Assembly (NCBI GenBank): GCA_051001995.1 | Contig: JBPCMT010000021.1 | Location: 1 to 48,033 of the forward strand | Length of the DNA: 48,033 bases | Direction: 5' to 3' | DNA from: Thermoleophilaceae bacterium | GTDB lineage: Bacteria; Actinomycetota; Thermoleophilia; Solirubrobacterales; Thermoleophilaceae | Shown: positions 30,695-39,843 of the stretch, piece by piece | Layout: every line of letters begins with the position of its first letter | Numbering within the stretch: the first letter of the stretch is position 1 | Notes under the pieces: model-generated | The model's database searches: none | What the model was told of the DNA's origin: nothing | What the model saw: the letters and a program-made list of their open reading frames with translations, nothing else | Translations under genes and position numbers: made by a program

Positions 30695-31612
30695 GTGAAG
30701 GTCGCCGTGACGGGAGCCACGGGAACGATCGGGCGGGCCGCGGTGGCGCGCCTGCTCGACCGCGGCGACAGCGTGGTGGCGCTCTCGCGCGACGCCGCCC
30801 GGGCGCGCGAGCGGCTGGGCGAGGGCGTCGAGGCTGTCTCGTGGCCTGAGCCCACCGCCTCGCCGGCGCCGAGCGAGGCGCTGGCGGGCTGCGACGCTGT
30901 GCTGCACCTCCTCGGCGAACCAATCGACCAGCGCTGGAGCGACGACGCCAAGCGGCGCATCCGCGACTCGCGCGTGCTCGGCACGCGCAACCTCGTCGCG
31001 GGCGTCGGGGCCGCCGAGCCGCGCCCGCACGCGCTCGTGTCGCAGTCGGGGAGCAGCTTCTACGGCGCGCGCGGTGCCGAGCCGGTGGACGAGTCCGAGC
31101 CGCCGCGGTCCGGCGACTTCCTTGCGGACGTCACCGTCGAGTGGGAGCACGAGGCCCGCCGGGGCGAGGATCTCAGCCTGCGGGTGGCGATCGCCCGGAC
31201 CGGCGTGGTGCTCTCGGAGAGCGGCGCGCTCGGCAGGATGCTGCCGTTCTTCAAGCTGGGCGTCGGGGGGCCCGTGGCCGGCGGGCGCCAGTACGTGCCC
31301 TGGATTCATCTCGACGACGAGGTCGGCGCGCTCCTCGCGCTGCTCGACGCCGACGACGCGACCGGCCCCTACAACGCGGCCGCCCCCGCGCCGGCCACGA
31401 ACCGTGAGCTGTCGCGGGCGCTCGGGCGCGCGCTGCGCCGCCCCGCGTTCGCGCCGGTGCCCGCGTTCGCGATCCGCGCCCTCTACGGCGAGATGGCGCA
31501 GGTCGTGACCACCGGCGTGAGGATGGTCCCGCGCGGGCTCGAGGCGCTCGGCTACGAGTGGCGCTGGCCGGAGCTCGAGCCGGCTCTGCGCGACGCGACC
31601 GGCCGCGGATGA
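30695..31612 (+). CDS. TIGR01777-family (YfcH-like) atypical SDR / epimerase with a DUF1731 C-terminus
   Basis: MKVAVTGATGTIGRA Rossmann motif and PWIHLDD. GTG start with a GAGAGGA Shine-Dalgarno 7 nt upstream. Confidence 0.8.
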   Translation: MKVAVTGATGTIGRAAVARLLDRGDSVVALSRDAARARERLGEGVEAVSWPEPTASPAPSEALAGCDAVLHLLGEPIDQRWSDDAKRRIRDSRVLGTRNLVAGVGAAEPRPHALVSQSGSSFYGARGAEPVDESEPPRSGDFLADVTVEWEHEARRGEDLSLRVAIARTGVVLSESGALGRMLPFFKLGVGGPVAGGRQYVPWIHLDDEVGALLALLDADDATGPYNAAAPAPATNRELSRALGRALRRPAFAPVPAFAIRALYGEMAQVVTTGVRMVPRGLEALGYEWRWPELEPALRDATGRG

Positions 31613-32253
31613 GCGAGCCGAGCGACCCGGCTGCCTCTCCGGTCGGGACGGCCGCCGCCCCGAGGGGAAACGCCTACGACAAGTACGGCTCGCGCAACCC
31701 GATCGCGCGCCGGCTCGTGGCGGGCTTTCGCTTTGCGCTCTCGGAGCTCGTGGAGGTGGCCGCCCCGGCCTCGCTGATCGACGTCGGATGCGGGGAGGGG
31801 ACGATCACCGCCCAGGTCGCGGATCGCGTGCCCGGTCCCGTGCTCGGCGTCGATCTGCCCGACCCAGCGCTTGCGATCGCGTGGGAGCGCAACGCCCGAC
31901 CGAACCTCGACTACGGGGTCGCCGACGCAGCCACGCTCCCGGCGGCAGACGGCGAGTTCGACGCGGCGTCGGCCATCGAGGTCCTGGAGCACCTGCCGGA
32001 GCCGGATGCCGCCCTGGCCGAGATGCGCCGCACGGCGCTCCGGTGGCTGATCGTCTCGGTGCCGCGCGAGCCGCTCTGGCGCGCGGCTAACGTCGTGCGC
32101 GGCGCCTACCTGGGCTCGCTGGGCAACACCCCCGGGCACGTGAGCCACTGGTCGCGGCGCGGGTTCGTCTCGCTCCTGCGCCGGCACGGCTCGATCGAGG
32201 CGATCCGCTCGCCCTTCCCGTGGACGCTCCTGCTCGTCGGCCTCAACCGCTGA
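31609..32253 (+). CDS. Class I SAM-dependent methyltransferase
   Basis: Motif I LIDVGCGEGT, post-I VLGVD, and FDAASAIEVLEHL. ATG overlaps the upstream stop (ATGA). Confidence 0.75.
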   Translation: MSEPSDPAASPVGTAAAPRGNAYDKYGSRNPIARRLVAGFRFALSELVEVAAPASLIDVGCGEGTITAQVADRVPGPVLGVDLPDPALAIAWERNARPNLDYGVADAATLPAADGEFDAASAIEVLEHLPEPDAALAEMRRTALRWLIVSVPREPLWRAANVVRGAYLGSLGNTPGHVSHWSRRGFVSLLRRHGSIEAIRSPFPWTLLLVGLNR

Positions 32254-32325
32254 AGTGGGGCTGCTAGCGTTGCGTTTGTCGGGTGCCGTCTGTGGCATCC
32301 GAGAGGTTCCGTCTCTCTGTGCGCC

Positions 32326-32373
32326 GTGAGCGCGATCGGGGGTCACCGAATCTCCCCGTCGCTCACCAAGGAG
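32326..32373 (+). promoter_or_regulatory. Nested stem-loop in the helicase 5' UTR, directly abutting the Shine-Dalgarno AAGGAG
   Basis: The outer stem is GTGAGCG (32326..32332) paired with CGCTCAC (32360..32366). The inner stem is CGGGG (32337..32341) paired with CCCCG (32354..32358). The Shine-Dalgarno lies at 32368..32373 and the ATG at 32380. Confidence 0.3.
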
Positions 32374-32379
32374 TCGCAC

Positions 32380-33495
32380 ATGTCAACGCAGTCGTTCGCC
32401 GATCTCGGCGTGTCCCGTCCCGTCGTGGACGCGCTCGCCGAGCGCGGCATGTCCACCCCCTTCGCGGTCCAGCGCCTCGTCATCGCCGACGTGCTCGCCG
32501 GACGCGACGTTCTCGCCCAGTCGCCCACTGGATCCGGCAAGACGCTGGCGTTCGGTGCGCCGCTGATGGACATCCTCGAGCCCGGAGCGCGCCGTCCGGC
32601 GGCGCTCGTGCTCGCTCCCACCCGGGAGCTCGCCTGTCAGATCGTCGACGCGCTACGCGCCGTCGCCCAGGCTCGTGCCCTCTCGGTCGCCGTGGTACAC
32701 GGCGGCGTGGGCCTCCAGCGCCAGGCGCGGCTCGCCGCGAAGGCGCACGTGGTGGTCGCGACGCCCGGCCGCCTGGAGGACCTCCTCCAGCGCGGCGACC
32801 TGACCCTCCGGCACATCCGCGTGCTCGTCCTCGACGAGGCCGACCGGATGCTCGACATGGGCTTCAAGCCGGCGGTCGATCGGATCGTGGCCGCGACTCC
32901 TCGCGACCGCCAGACGCTCTTCTTCTCCGCCACGCTCGAGGGCCAGGCCGGCCATCAGGCACGGTCCTACACGCGCGATGCCCGCCGGCACGTGCACCGA
33001 CCGTCGCCCGAGCGCCGCGGCGACGTGGAGCACCGCTTCGTGCACCTCACGCACGCGACGAAGCTCGACGCCCTCGTCCGCGAGCTGCGCGACGAGCGCC
33101 ACGGCCGGACGCTCGTCTTCGTGCGCACCAAGCGTGGCGCCGACCGGCTCGTCAAGCGCCTCAAGGCGCAGGACGTAACGGCGGTCGCGATGCACGGCAA
33201 CAAGTCACAGTCGCAGCGCGAGAAGGCGCTCGCCCGCTTCGAGGCGGGTCACGTCAACACGCTGGTGGCGACCGATGTCGCGTCCCGCGGCATCGACGTC
33301 GCCGACATCACGCACGTCATCAACTACGACGCCCCCGAGGATCGCGACGGCTACGTGCACCGGGTCGGACGTACCGCCCGTGCGGGGAACACCGGCGCCG
33401 GCACCAGCTTCGTCCTGGCCGAGCAGTCCCGCGATATGCGCCGGATCGCGGTCGACCTCGGCCTCGAGCGGGAGTTCGAGCTGCTGCGCCGGTAG
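32380..33495 (+). CDS. DEAD-box ATP-dependent RNA helicase
   Basis: Q-motif region FADLG...PFAVQ, then AQSPTGSGKT, PTRELA, VLDEADRMLDMGF, SAT and HRVGRTARAG. ATG has an AAGGAG Shine-Dalgarno 6 nt upstream. Confidence 0.9.
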   Translation: MSTQSFADLGVSRPVVDALAERGMSTPFAVQRLVIADVLAGRDVLAQSPTGSGKTLAFGAPLMDILEPGARRPAALVLAPTRELACQIVDALRAVAQARALSVAVVHGGVGLQRQARLAAKAHVVVATPGRLEDLLQRGDLTLRHIRVLVLDEADRMLDMGFKPAVDRIVAATPRDRQTLFFSATLEGQAGHQARSYTRDARRHVHRPSPERRGDVEHRFVHLTHATKLDALVRELRDERHGRTLVFVRTKRGADRLVKRLKAQDVTAVAMHGNKSQSQREKALARFEAGHVNTLVATDVASRGIDVADITHVINYDAPEDRDGYVHRVGRTARAGNTGAGTSFVLAEQSRDMRRIAVDLGLEREFELLRR

Positions 33496-33512
33496 GGCGC
33501 CGGGACGACGCC

Positions 33513-34304
33513 TCAGCGCTCGAGCACCAGCCCCAAAAAGCGCCTGGTGCGCTCTTCGCGGCAGTGCTCGAGGACCTCCGCGGGCGGCCCCTCCTCCACG
33601 ACGACGCCCTCGTCCATGAACATGACGTGGTCGGCGACCTCGCGCGCGAACCCCATCTCGTGCGTGACCACCACCATCGTCATGCCCTCTTCGGCCAGCT
33701 CGCGCATCGCGTCGAGCACCTCTTTGATCAGCTCCGGGTCGAGCGCGCTCGTTACCTCGTCGAACAGCATCACGTGCGGGTCCATCGCGAGCGCCCGCGC
33801 GATCGCCACGCGCTGCTGCTGTCCGCCGGAGAGGCGCTCGGGGTACTCGTCCACCTTGTCGGCGAGCCCGACGCGCTCGAGCAGGCCATGACTCTTCTTG
33901 CGCGCCTCATCCCCTTCGCGGCCGAGCACCCGCTGCTGGGCGAGCGACACGTTCTCGATCGCCGACTTGTTGGGGAACAGGTTGAACTGCTGAAAGACCA
34001 TCCCGATCCGACGGCGGACGATGTCCAGCTCGCGGGGCGCGGACCCGGTGATCTCCTCGCCCTCGAGGAAGATCCGCCCCTCGTCGGGCGGCTCGAGGAG
34101 GTTGATGCAGCGCAGCAGCGTGCTCTTCCCCGAGCCGCTCGGACCGAGTACGCACACCACTTTGCCGCGGTGGACCTCGAGATCGACCCCACGCAGCACG
34201 TGGACGTCGCCGAAGCGCTTGTGCAGGCTCTCGAGCTTCAACATCACCTCGTTACTCGGCTCCGCGGGCGCCTGACTGGTCGCGTCAGCCATCTCGTCGG
34301 TCAA
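33513..34304 (-). CDS. Polar amino-acid ABC transporter ATP-binding protein (GlnQ/HisP type)
   Basis: [40 protein letters not shown]. The start is ambiguous (TTG 34304, ATG 34292 or ATG 34244). Confidence 0.9.
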   Translation of the reverse strand: MTDEMADATSQAPAEPSNEVMLKLESLHKRFGDVHVLRGVDLEVHRGKVVCVLGPSGSGKSTLLRCINLLEPPDEGRIFLEGEEITGSAPRELDIVRRRIGMVFQQFNLFPNKSAIENVSLAQQRVLGREGDEARKKSHGLLERVGLADKVDEYPERLSGGQQQRVAIARALAMDPHVMLFDEVTSALDPELIKEVLDAMRELAEEGMTMVVVTHEMGFAREVADHVMFMDEGVVVEEGPPAEVLEHCREERTRRFLGLVLER

Positions 34305-34305
34305 T

Positions 34306-35085
34306 CTACCCGGCCGCCGGCGCGGGGCCGCCCGCAGTCGGGGCCGCCGGGCCGCCGCGCTCGACGCGTCCCTGCTGACGCGCGATCAGGCGGTCGACGA
34401 TCCGTGCCAGCGGGATCGTCACTATCAGGAAGAAGAGCGCACCTAGCACCAGGGCAGAGCCGTTGAAGAACTCGCTCTGCACGTCTCTCCCGGCCTGCAC
34501 CACCTCGATCGCCCCCAGGACGCTGACCAGCGACGTGTCCTTCATCAGCGCGATGAAGTCGTTCAGCAGCGGAGGGATCACCTTGCGGACGGCCTGCGGC
34601 ACCACGACGAAGCGCATCGCCTTGCCGTGGCCCATGCCGAGCGAGCGCGCCGCCTCCATCTGCCCACCCGGCACCGCCTCGATGCCTGCGCGGTAGACCT
34701 CGGCCATGTAGGCGCCGTAGGTGAGCGTCAGCGCGAGCACCCCGTACCAGAACGGCGAGGTCTGGCCGAAGAAGGTCGGGAGCCCGATCTCCCGCGGTAT
34801 CACGTCCTGCGCCTGGAACGCGCTCAGGGCACCCGAGACCAGGAACAGCACGAGCAGCAGCGGGATGCCGCGAAAGGCGTCGATGTACGCGATCGCAAGC
34901 CCGCGCACCGGTGCCAGCGGCTTGCCCGGAAGCTGGCGCAGCACGGCGAGGACCAGGCCCCAAACGAGAGCGAGGACGCCCGAGATCACCGACAGCTTCA
35001 CTGTGATCCAGAAGCCGTCGAGGACGCGATCGAACTCGTCGGCCATCAGGCTCAGGTCGAAGTAGTACTCAAGGATGAAGTCCAT
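34306..35085 (-). CDS. Polar amino-acid ABC transporter permease (His/Glu/Gln/Arg/opine family)
   Basis: 259 aa, multi-TM, with the EAA-like loop [25 protein letters not shown] has an AGGAG Shine-Dalgarno. Confidence 0.9.
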   Translation of the reverse strand: MDFILEYYFDLSLMADEFDRVLDGFWITVKLSVISGVLALVWGLVLAVLRQLPGKPLAPVRGLAIAYIDAFRGIPLLLVLFLVSGALSAFQAQDVIPREIGLPTFFGQTSPFWYGVLALTLTYGAYMAEVYRAGIEAVPGGQMEAARSLGMGHGKAMRFVVVPQAVRKVIPPLLNDFIALMKDTSLVSVLGAIEVVQAGRDVQSEFFNGSALVLGALFFLIVTIPLARIVDRLIARQQGRVERGGPAAPTAGGPAPAAG

Positions 35086-35175
35086 CGCTCTCCTCGCTCG
35101 CCGTTGTCCGAAGCGGTCCGGCGCCCACGCGCCGCCGCGGCCGAGAAGCTAGTCGCTCGCGGGCCCAGAACGCGA

Positions 35176-35199
35176 AAGGGGCGCCCTCGGGCGCCCCTT
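35176..35199 (-). terminator. GC-rich hairpin (10-bp stem, 4-nt loop) between the binding-protein and permease genes; candidate intra-operon attenuator or terminator
   Basis: AAGGGGCGCC-ctcg-GGCGCCCCTT is fully paired. On the minus strand it is followed by TCGCGTTCT, a weak U-tract. Confidence 0.45.
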
Positions 35200-35225
35200 C
35201 GCAGCGGTCAGCTTCCGACTCGTCG

Positions 35226-36071
35226 CTAGCTCGGTTCGTTCTTCCCCTCCAGCACCGAGCTCGGCGCCTTGGTCTCGAAGTACTTGTCGTAGAGCTCCTG
35301 GATCGTGCCGTCGTCCTTGAGCTCGGTGAGCGCCCCGTTCACGGCCTCGCGGAGAGGATCGCTGTCCGGCGCGATCGCGAAGCCGTAGAGCTCGTCCGTC
35401 TGGATCTCCTCGACGATCTCCACTCCCCCCTGCTGTTCGACGGCGTCCAGCGCGACCGGCTGGTCGATGATCACCGCGTCGACCTGGCCGGTCGTGAGGG
35501 CGGCGGTCGCGTCAGGCCCCTCGGGGAAGCCGCGCACCTCGGCGGCTTCGGTCTCGTCGTTGGCGAACGTCTCGCCGGTGGTCCCGTCCTGCGCGCCGAC
35601 GATCGTATCGGCGAGGTCGTCCACGGATGCGATGTCTGAGCCCTCCGGGACCACAAGCGCCTGCTGAGCCTCGTAGTAGGGGTCGGAGAAGTCCACCGTC
35701 TGCTCACGGCCCGGGGTAATCGTCGATGCCGCGGCCGCAAGGTCGAACTGGCCCTGGGCCGTATCGCGGAAGATCGTGTCGAAGGTCGTGTCCTGGTAGG
35801 TGACCTCGAGCCCGAGGTTCTCCGCGACCGCGTCGACGACCTCGATGTCGTAGCCGGAGATGTCGGGTGGTTGGCCGATCTCGAACGGCGGGAAGGGCGT
35901 GTCGGTGCCGACTGTCAGCGTGCCCTCCTCGATCGTCCCGAGGTCCTCGCCTCCGCTCGTCCCCCCGCTGGTCGTTTCGTCGTCGTCGCCGCCGCAGCCC
36001 GCGACGGCGAGCGCGAGCACCAGCGCGGCCGCGATCAGCGCCGTCAGTGAAACTCGGTGTCGATTCATCAC
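35226..36071 (-). CDS. Polar amino-acid ABC transporter substrate-binding lipoprotein (family 3)
   Basis: Signal peptide with lipobox LAVAGCGG and an SBP_bac_3-like body (PFEI, DIEV, D.AAA..TIT..R, G.T). Strong AAGGAGG Shine-Dalgarno upstream. Confidence 0.85.
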   Translation of the reverse strand: MMNRHRVSLTALIAAALVLALAVAGCGGDDDETTSGGTSGGEDLGTIEEGTLTVGTDTPFPPFEIGQPPDISGYDIEVVDAVAENLGLEVTYQDTTFDTIFRDTAQGQFDLAAAASTITPGREQTVDFSDPYYEAQQALVVPEGSDIASVDDLADTIVGAQDGTTGETFANDETEAAEVRGFPEGPDATAALTTGQVDAVIIDQPVALDAVEQQGGVEIVEEIQTDELYGFAIAPDSDPLREAVNGALTELKDDGTIQELYDKYFETKAPSSVLEGKNEPS

Positions 36072-36124
36072 AGTGAATTCCCTCCTTAGTTGCGCGCGGG
36101 CGACATTACACCGGATTCGCGGAC

Positions 36125-37174
36125 ATGAGGTACCGTCCCGCTCGCGCGATGGAAGCCCAGACCGTCCCAGACCGCCCCGGTCTTCCGCTCCGCGAGCGTC
36201 TGCGCGAGCTGCCCCCGGTCCAGGCGGCCGCGCGCAACCCGCAGGCGGCCGCGGCGGCGGTCATCGGGGCGTTCGTCGTGGCGCTGATCGTCGGCGAGGG
36301 CCTCCAGGAGGTCGCCCAGAGGGGGCTGACCGGGCTCTCCAACGGCGCGATCTACGCGCTCGGCGCCGTCGGGCTCACGCTCGTCTATGGGATCCTGAAG
36401 CTCGTCAACTTCGCCCACGGCGACTTCCTCACGTTCGGCGCCTACATGGCGTTCATCGTGAATATCTCGTGGGGCGGGCCGCTCGTGCTGGCGATCCTGT
36501 TCGCGATCGCCGTCACGGCGCTGCTGGGCGTCGCGCTCGAGAAGGCCATGTGGGGTCCGATGCGCGCGCGCGGGGCGGGCACGCTCCAGCTGCTCCTGAT
36601 GGCGATCGGGCTGGCACTCGTGATCCGCTACGTGATCCAGTTCGCCTTCGGCACCGAGCTGCGCCAGCTCGACGTGAACAACACCGCGACCGCTGACTTC
36701 CTCGGCCTGAGCATCGGCCGCACGTTCCTGGTCGTGATCGGGGTCGGCTTCGTCGTGCTGCTCGCCACCGGCCTGATGCTGCGTTACACGCTGCTCGGCA
36801 AGCGAATGCGTGCGCTGTCGGACAACCTCGAGCTCGCCGAGACGTCGGGGATCGACACGTCGCGCGTGATCCTCTACACGTGGGTCTTCGCCGCGGGATC
36901 CGCCGGCCTCGCCGGCGTGTTCGCGGGCGCCGTCACCCAGGTGCAGCCAGAGCTCGGCTTCGAGTTCCTGCTGCCGATCTTCGCCGCGGTCGTGCTCGGC
37001 GGGATCGGCAACGCCTTCGGGGCGCTCGCGAGCGGGATCATCCTCGGCGTCGTGATCGAGTGGTCCACCTTCTTCATCGATCCGGGCTTCAAGCTCGGCG
37101 TCGGCTTCCTGGTGCTGATCATCGTCCTGGTCGTCCGTCCGCAGGGCATCTTCGGGCAGGCGCGGACCGTATGA
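36125..37174 (+). CDS. livH: Branched-chain amino-acid ABC transporter permease (LivH type)
   Basis: GLSNGAIYALGAVGLTLVYGILKLVNFAHGDF. There is an N-terminal extension, so the start is uncertain (ATG 36125 or 36149). Confidence 0.85.
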   Translation: MRYRPARAMEAQTVPDRPGLPLRERLRELPPVQAAARNPQAAAAAVIGAFVVALIVGEGLQEVAQRGLTGLSNGAIYALGAVGLTLVYGILKLVNFAHGDFLTFGAYMAFIVNISWGGPLVLAILFAIAVTALLGVALEKAMWGPMRARGAGTLQLLLMAIGLALVIRYVIQFAFGTELRQLDVNNTATADFLGLSIGRTFLVVIGVGFVVLLATGLMLRYTLLGKRMRALSDNLELAETSGIDTSRVILYTWVFAAGSAGLAGVFAGAVTQVQPELGFEFLLPIFAAVVLGGIGNAFGALASGIILGVVIEWSTFFIDPGFKLGVGFLVLIIVLVVRPQGIFGQARTV

Positions 37175-38154
37175 CCGAGCTCCTCCCCACCCTCCCGCTC
37201 GCGATCGACCTCGAGGCCTTCGCGAGCCTCGGCTTCTGGACCGGCGTCGGCATCCTGGCCGGCACCTACACGATCTTCGCGCTCGGCCTCCAGATCAACG
37301 TCGGCTTCACCGGGATCTTCAACTTCGGACAGGCCGGATTCATGGCGATCGGCGCCTACTCGATGGCGATCCTCGTCACCGATGCCGAGCTCTCGTTCTG
37401 GCTGGCGCTGCCGATCGCGATCCTGATCACGATCGCATTCGGGCTGCTCATCGGGCTCCCGGCGCTGCGGCTGCGCACCGACTACCTGGCGATCGCGACG
37501 ATCGCCGCGGCGGAGGCCCTGCGCCTGTTCGCGCTCAACGCCCGCGACCTGACCGGCGGGGCCCAGGGGATCTTCGGCTTCGACAACGACTGGGACGACG
37601 TCTCGGACTCGATCCTCAGCGGGCTCGAGAGCCTCGGCTGGACCAACCCCGAGACGCTGTTCCCGCTGTTCCTGGTCGTCTGGGGCGTCGCGATTGTGTT
37701 GATAATCGCCCTGACCGCGCTCCAGAAGACCCCGTGGGGGCGGGTGCTCAGGGCTGTCCGTGAAGACGAGGACGCCGCCCGCGCGCTCGGCAAGAACGCC
37801 TTCGCCTACAAGCTCCAGTCGCTCGCGATCGCCGCGGCGCTCGGCGCGATCGCCGGCTTCTTCCTGGCGCTCAACCTGCGCTTCATCATCCCCGACGAGT
37901 TCCTGCCGATCTTCACCTTCCTCGGGTACGCCGTGCTGGTCCTGGGCGGCCTCGCGAGCTACTGGGGCGTCGCGGTCGGTTCGATCGTCTTCTGGACGCT
38001 CTTCGAGGGGCTTCGCTTCCTGGAGCTGCCGTTCGACGAGGTGCAGATTCGCGCACTTCAGTTCATCGTCCTCGGCCTGGTGCTGATCCTCCTGATGGCC
38101 TTCCGCCCGCAGGGCATGTTCGGCAAGCGCCAGGAGATGGTGCTGGGTGACTGA
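37171..38154 (+). CDS. livM: Branched-chain amino-acid ABC transporter permease (LivM type)
   Basis: GLQINVGFTGIFNFGQAGFMAIGAY. ATG overlaps the livH stop (ATGA). Confidence 0.85.
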   Translation: MTELLPTLPLAIDLEAFASLGFWTGVGILAGTYTIFALGLQINVGFTGIFNFGQAGFMAIGAYSMAILVTDAELSFWLALPIAILITIAFGLLIGLPALRLRTDYLAIATIAAAEALRLFALNARDLTGGAQGIFGFDNDWDDVSDSILSGLESLGWTNPETLFPLFLVVWGVAIVLIIALTALQKTPWGRVLRAVREDEDAARALGKNAFAYKLQSLAIAAALGAIAGFFLALNLRFIIPDEFLPIFTFLGYAVLVLGGLASYWGVAVGSIVFWTLFEGLRFLELPFDEVQIRALQFIVLGLVLILLMAFRPQGMFGKRQEMVLGD

Positions 38155-38977
38155 GGCGGCGCCGCAGCCGGTCGCGACAGCCTCGCCCGAGCCACCGTCC
38201 GAGACGAACGGGCGGCCGATCTTCGCGGCCGAGGACGTCGTCAAGCGCTTCGGCGGCATCCGCGCGGTGAATGGGGCCACGATGAGCGTTCGCGAGGGCT
38301 CGATCACCGCGCTGATCGGCCCCAACGGCGCCGGCAAGACGACGTTCTTCAACGTCATCACCGGCTTCTACCGTCCCGACGGGGGCCGCGCGACGTTCCA
38401 GGACAAGCCGGTGCTGGGCCGCCCGCCCTACGCGATCGCCCGGCTCGGCATGGTGCGGACCTTCCAGATCACAAAGGCGCTGCGGCGCATGTCGGTGATC
38501 GACAACATGATGCTCGCGGCCCCCGATCAGCCCGGCGAGCGTCTCGGGAACGTCGTCTTTCGACCGCGTGCGAGCCGCCGCCGCGAGCGCGCGGTACGCG
38601 AGCGGGCGATTGAGCTGCTCGAGGTCTTCAACCTGACGAAGCTCGCCGAGGACTACGCCGGCACGCTGTCCGGCGGACAGCGCAAGCTGCTGGAGCTCTC
38701 ACGGGCGCTGATGGCCAGGCCGCGCTTCCTGCTGCTCGACGAGCCGATGGCCGGGATCAACCCCACCCTTGGCCGGCGCCTGCTCGACCACATGCAGCGG
38801 CTGCGCGCGGAGGAAGGCGTCACGTTCCTGTTCGTCGAGCACGACATGGAGGTGGTGATGAACCACTCCGATCGCGTCGTCGTTATGGCCGAGGGGCGGG
38901 TGATCGCCCAGGGCGAGCCGCACGAGGTACGAAGGGACCAGGCCGTGATCGACGCCTACCTCGGCGCGACGGCGTGA
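38147..38977 (+). CDS. livG: Branched-chain amino-acid ABC transporter ATP-binding protein (LivG type)
   Basis: GPNGAGKTTFFN, LSGGQRKLLELSRAL, LLDEPMAG. GTG start overlaps the livM end by 8 nt. Confidence 0.9.
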   Translation: MTEAAPQPVATASPEPPSETNGRPIFAAEDVVKRFGGIRAVNGATMSVREGSITALIGPNGAGKTTFFNVITGFYRPDGGRATFQDKPVLGRPPYAIARLGMVRTFQITKALRRMSVIDNMMLAAPDQPGERLGNVVFRPRASRRRERAVRERAIELLEVFNLTKLAEDYAGTLSGGQRKLLELSRALMARPRFLLLDEPMAGINPTLGRRLLDHMQRLRAEEGVTFLFVEHDMEVVMNHSDRVVVMAEGRVIAQGEPHEVRRDQAVIDAYLGATA

Positions 38978-39780
38978 GCGCCGAGTCCGGCAACGGCGCA
39001 CGGACCGACGGGCCGTCCGACGGCGCCCTGCTCGCGACCGAGGGCGTCGTGGCCGGCTACCTGCCGGAGGTCGACATCCTCAACGGCGTCTCGATCCGCG
39101 TCAAGGAGGGCGAGATCGTAACCGTCATCGGCCCCAACGGCGCCGGCAAGTCCACGCTGATCAAGACGATCTTCGGGCTGCTGCGCCCGCGCAAGGGGCG
39201 AATCGTCTTCCGCGGCGAGGACATCAGCGGCCAGAAGCCGCATCACTGCTGCCAGCAGGGACTCAGCTACGTCCCGCAGCTCGACAACGTGTTCCCGACG
39301 CTGACGGTCGAGGAGAACCTCGAGATGGGCTCGCTCGACCGCTCGAAGACCGGCGAGCAGATCGAACGCATGTACGAGATCTTCCCCCGCCTCGACGAGC
39401 GCAAGCGCCAGCGCGCGGCGACCATGAGCGGCGGCGAGCGCCAGATGGTCGCGATGGCCCGCGCGATGATGCCCGAGCCGCGGGTTTTGCTCCTCGACGA
39501 GCCGTCCGCCGGCCTCGCGCCCGCCTTCGTCGAGGCGATCTTCCAGAAGATCGAGGACGTCAACCGTGCCGGCGTGACGATCGTGATGGTCGAGCAGAAC
39601 GCCCGGCGGGCGCTCGCGATGTCGCACCGCGGCTACGTCCTGGACCTCGGCCAGGACCGCTTCGAGGGGCCCGGCAAGGATTTGCTCGACGACCCCAAGG
39701 TCGCCGAGCTCTACCTGGGCGGCACGGCCCGCGTCGACGAGCCGGAGAAGCTCGAGCAAGACGAAACGGCCGGGTCCTAG
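38974..39780 (+). CDS. livF: Branched-chain amino-acid ABC transporter ATP-binding protein (LivF type)
   Basis: GPNGAGKSTLIK, MSGGERQMVAMARAM, LLDEPSAGL. GTGA overlap with livG. Confidence 0.9.
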   Translation: MSAESGNGARTDGPSDGALLATEGVVAGYLPEVDILNGVSIRVKEGEIVTVIGPNGAGKSTLIKTIFGLLRPRKGRIVFRGEDISGQKPHHCCQQGLSYVPQLDNVFPTLTVEENLEMGSLDRSKTGEQIERMYEIFPRLDERKRQRAATMSGGERQMVAMARAMMPEPRVLLLDEPSAGLAPAFVEAIFQKIEDVNRAGVTIVMVEQNARRALAMSHRGYVLDLGQDRFEGPGKDLLDDPKVAELYLGGTARVDEPEKLEQDETAGS

Positions 39781-39793
39781 ACCCGGCCGTTTC
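39763..39793. terminator. Perfect 13-bp-stem hairpin between convergent livF and the livJ-like gene; bidirectional terminator candidate
   Basis: GAAACGGCCGGGT-cctag-ACCCGGCCGTTTC. The livF TAG stop lies in the loop, and A/T runs flank the stem on both strands. Confidence 0.6.
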
Positions 39794-39843
39794 CCTCAAC
39801 CCCTGCCCGCGGCGCGGTCACCCCGCGGGCGATCCGTCCCTGA

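Noticed and set aside
36874-38361. 495-aa minus-strand ORF
   Set aside because: It is antisense to livH/livM and its sequence is not protein-like (Arg/Asp/Glu/Pro runs).
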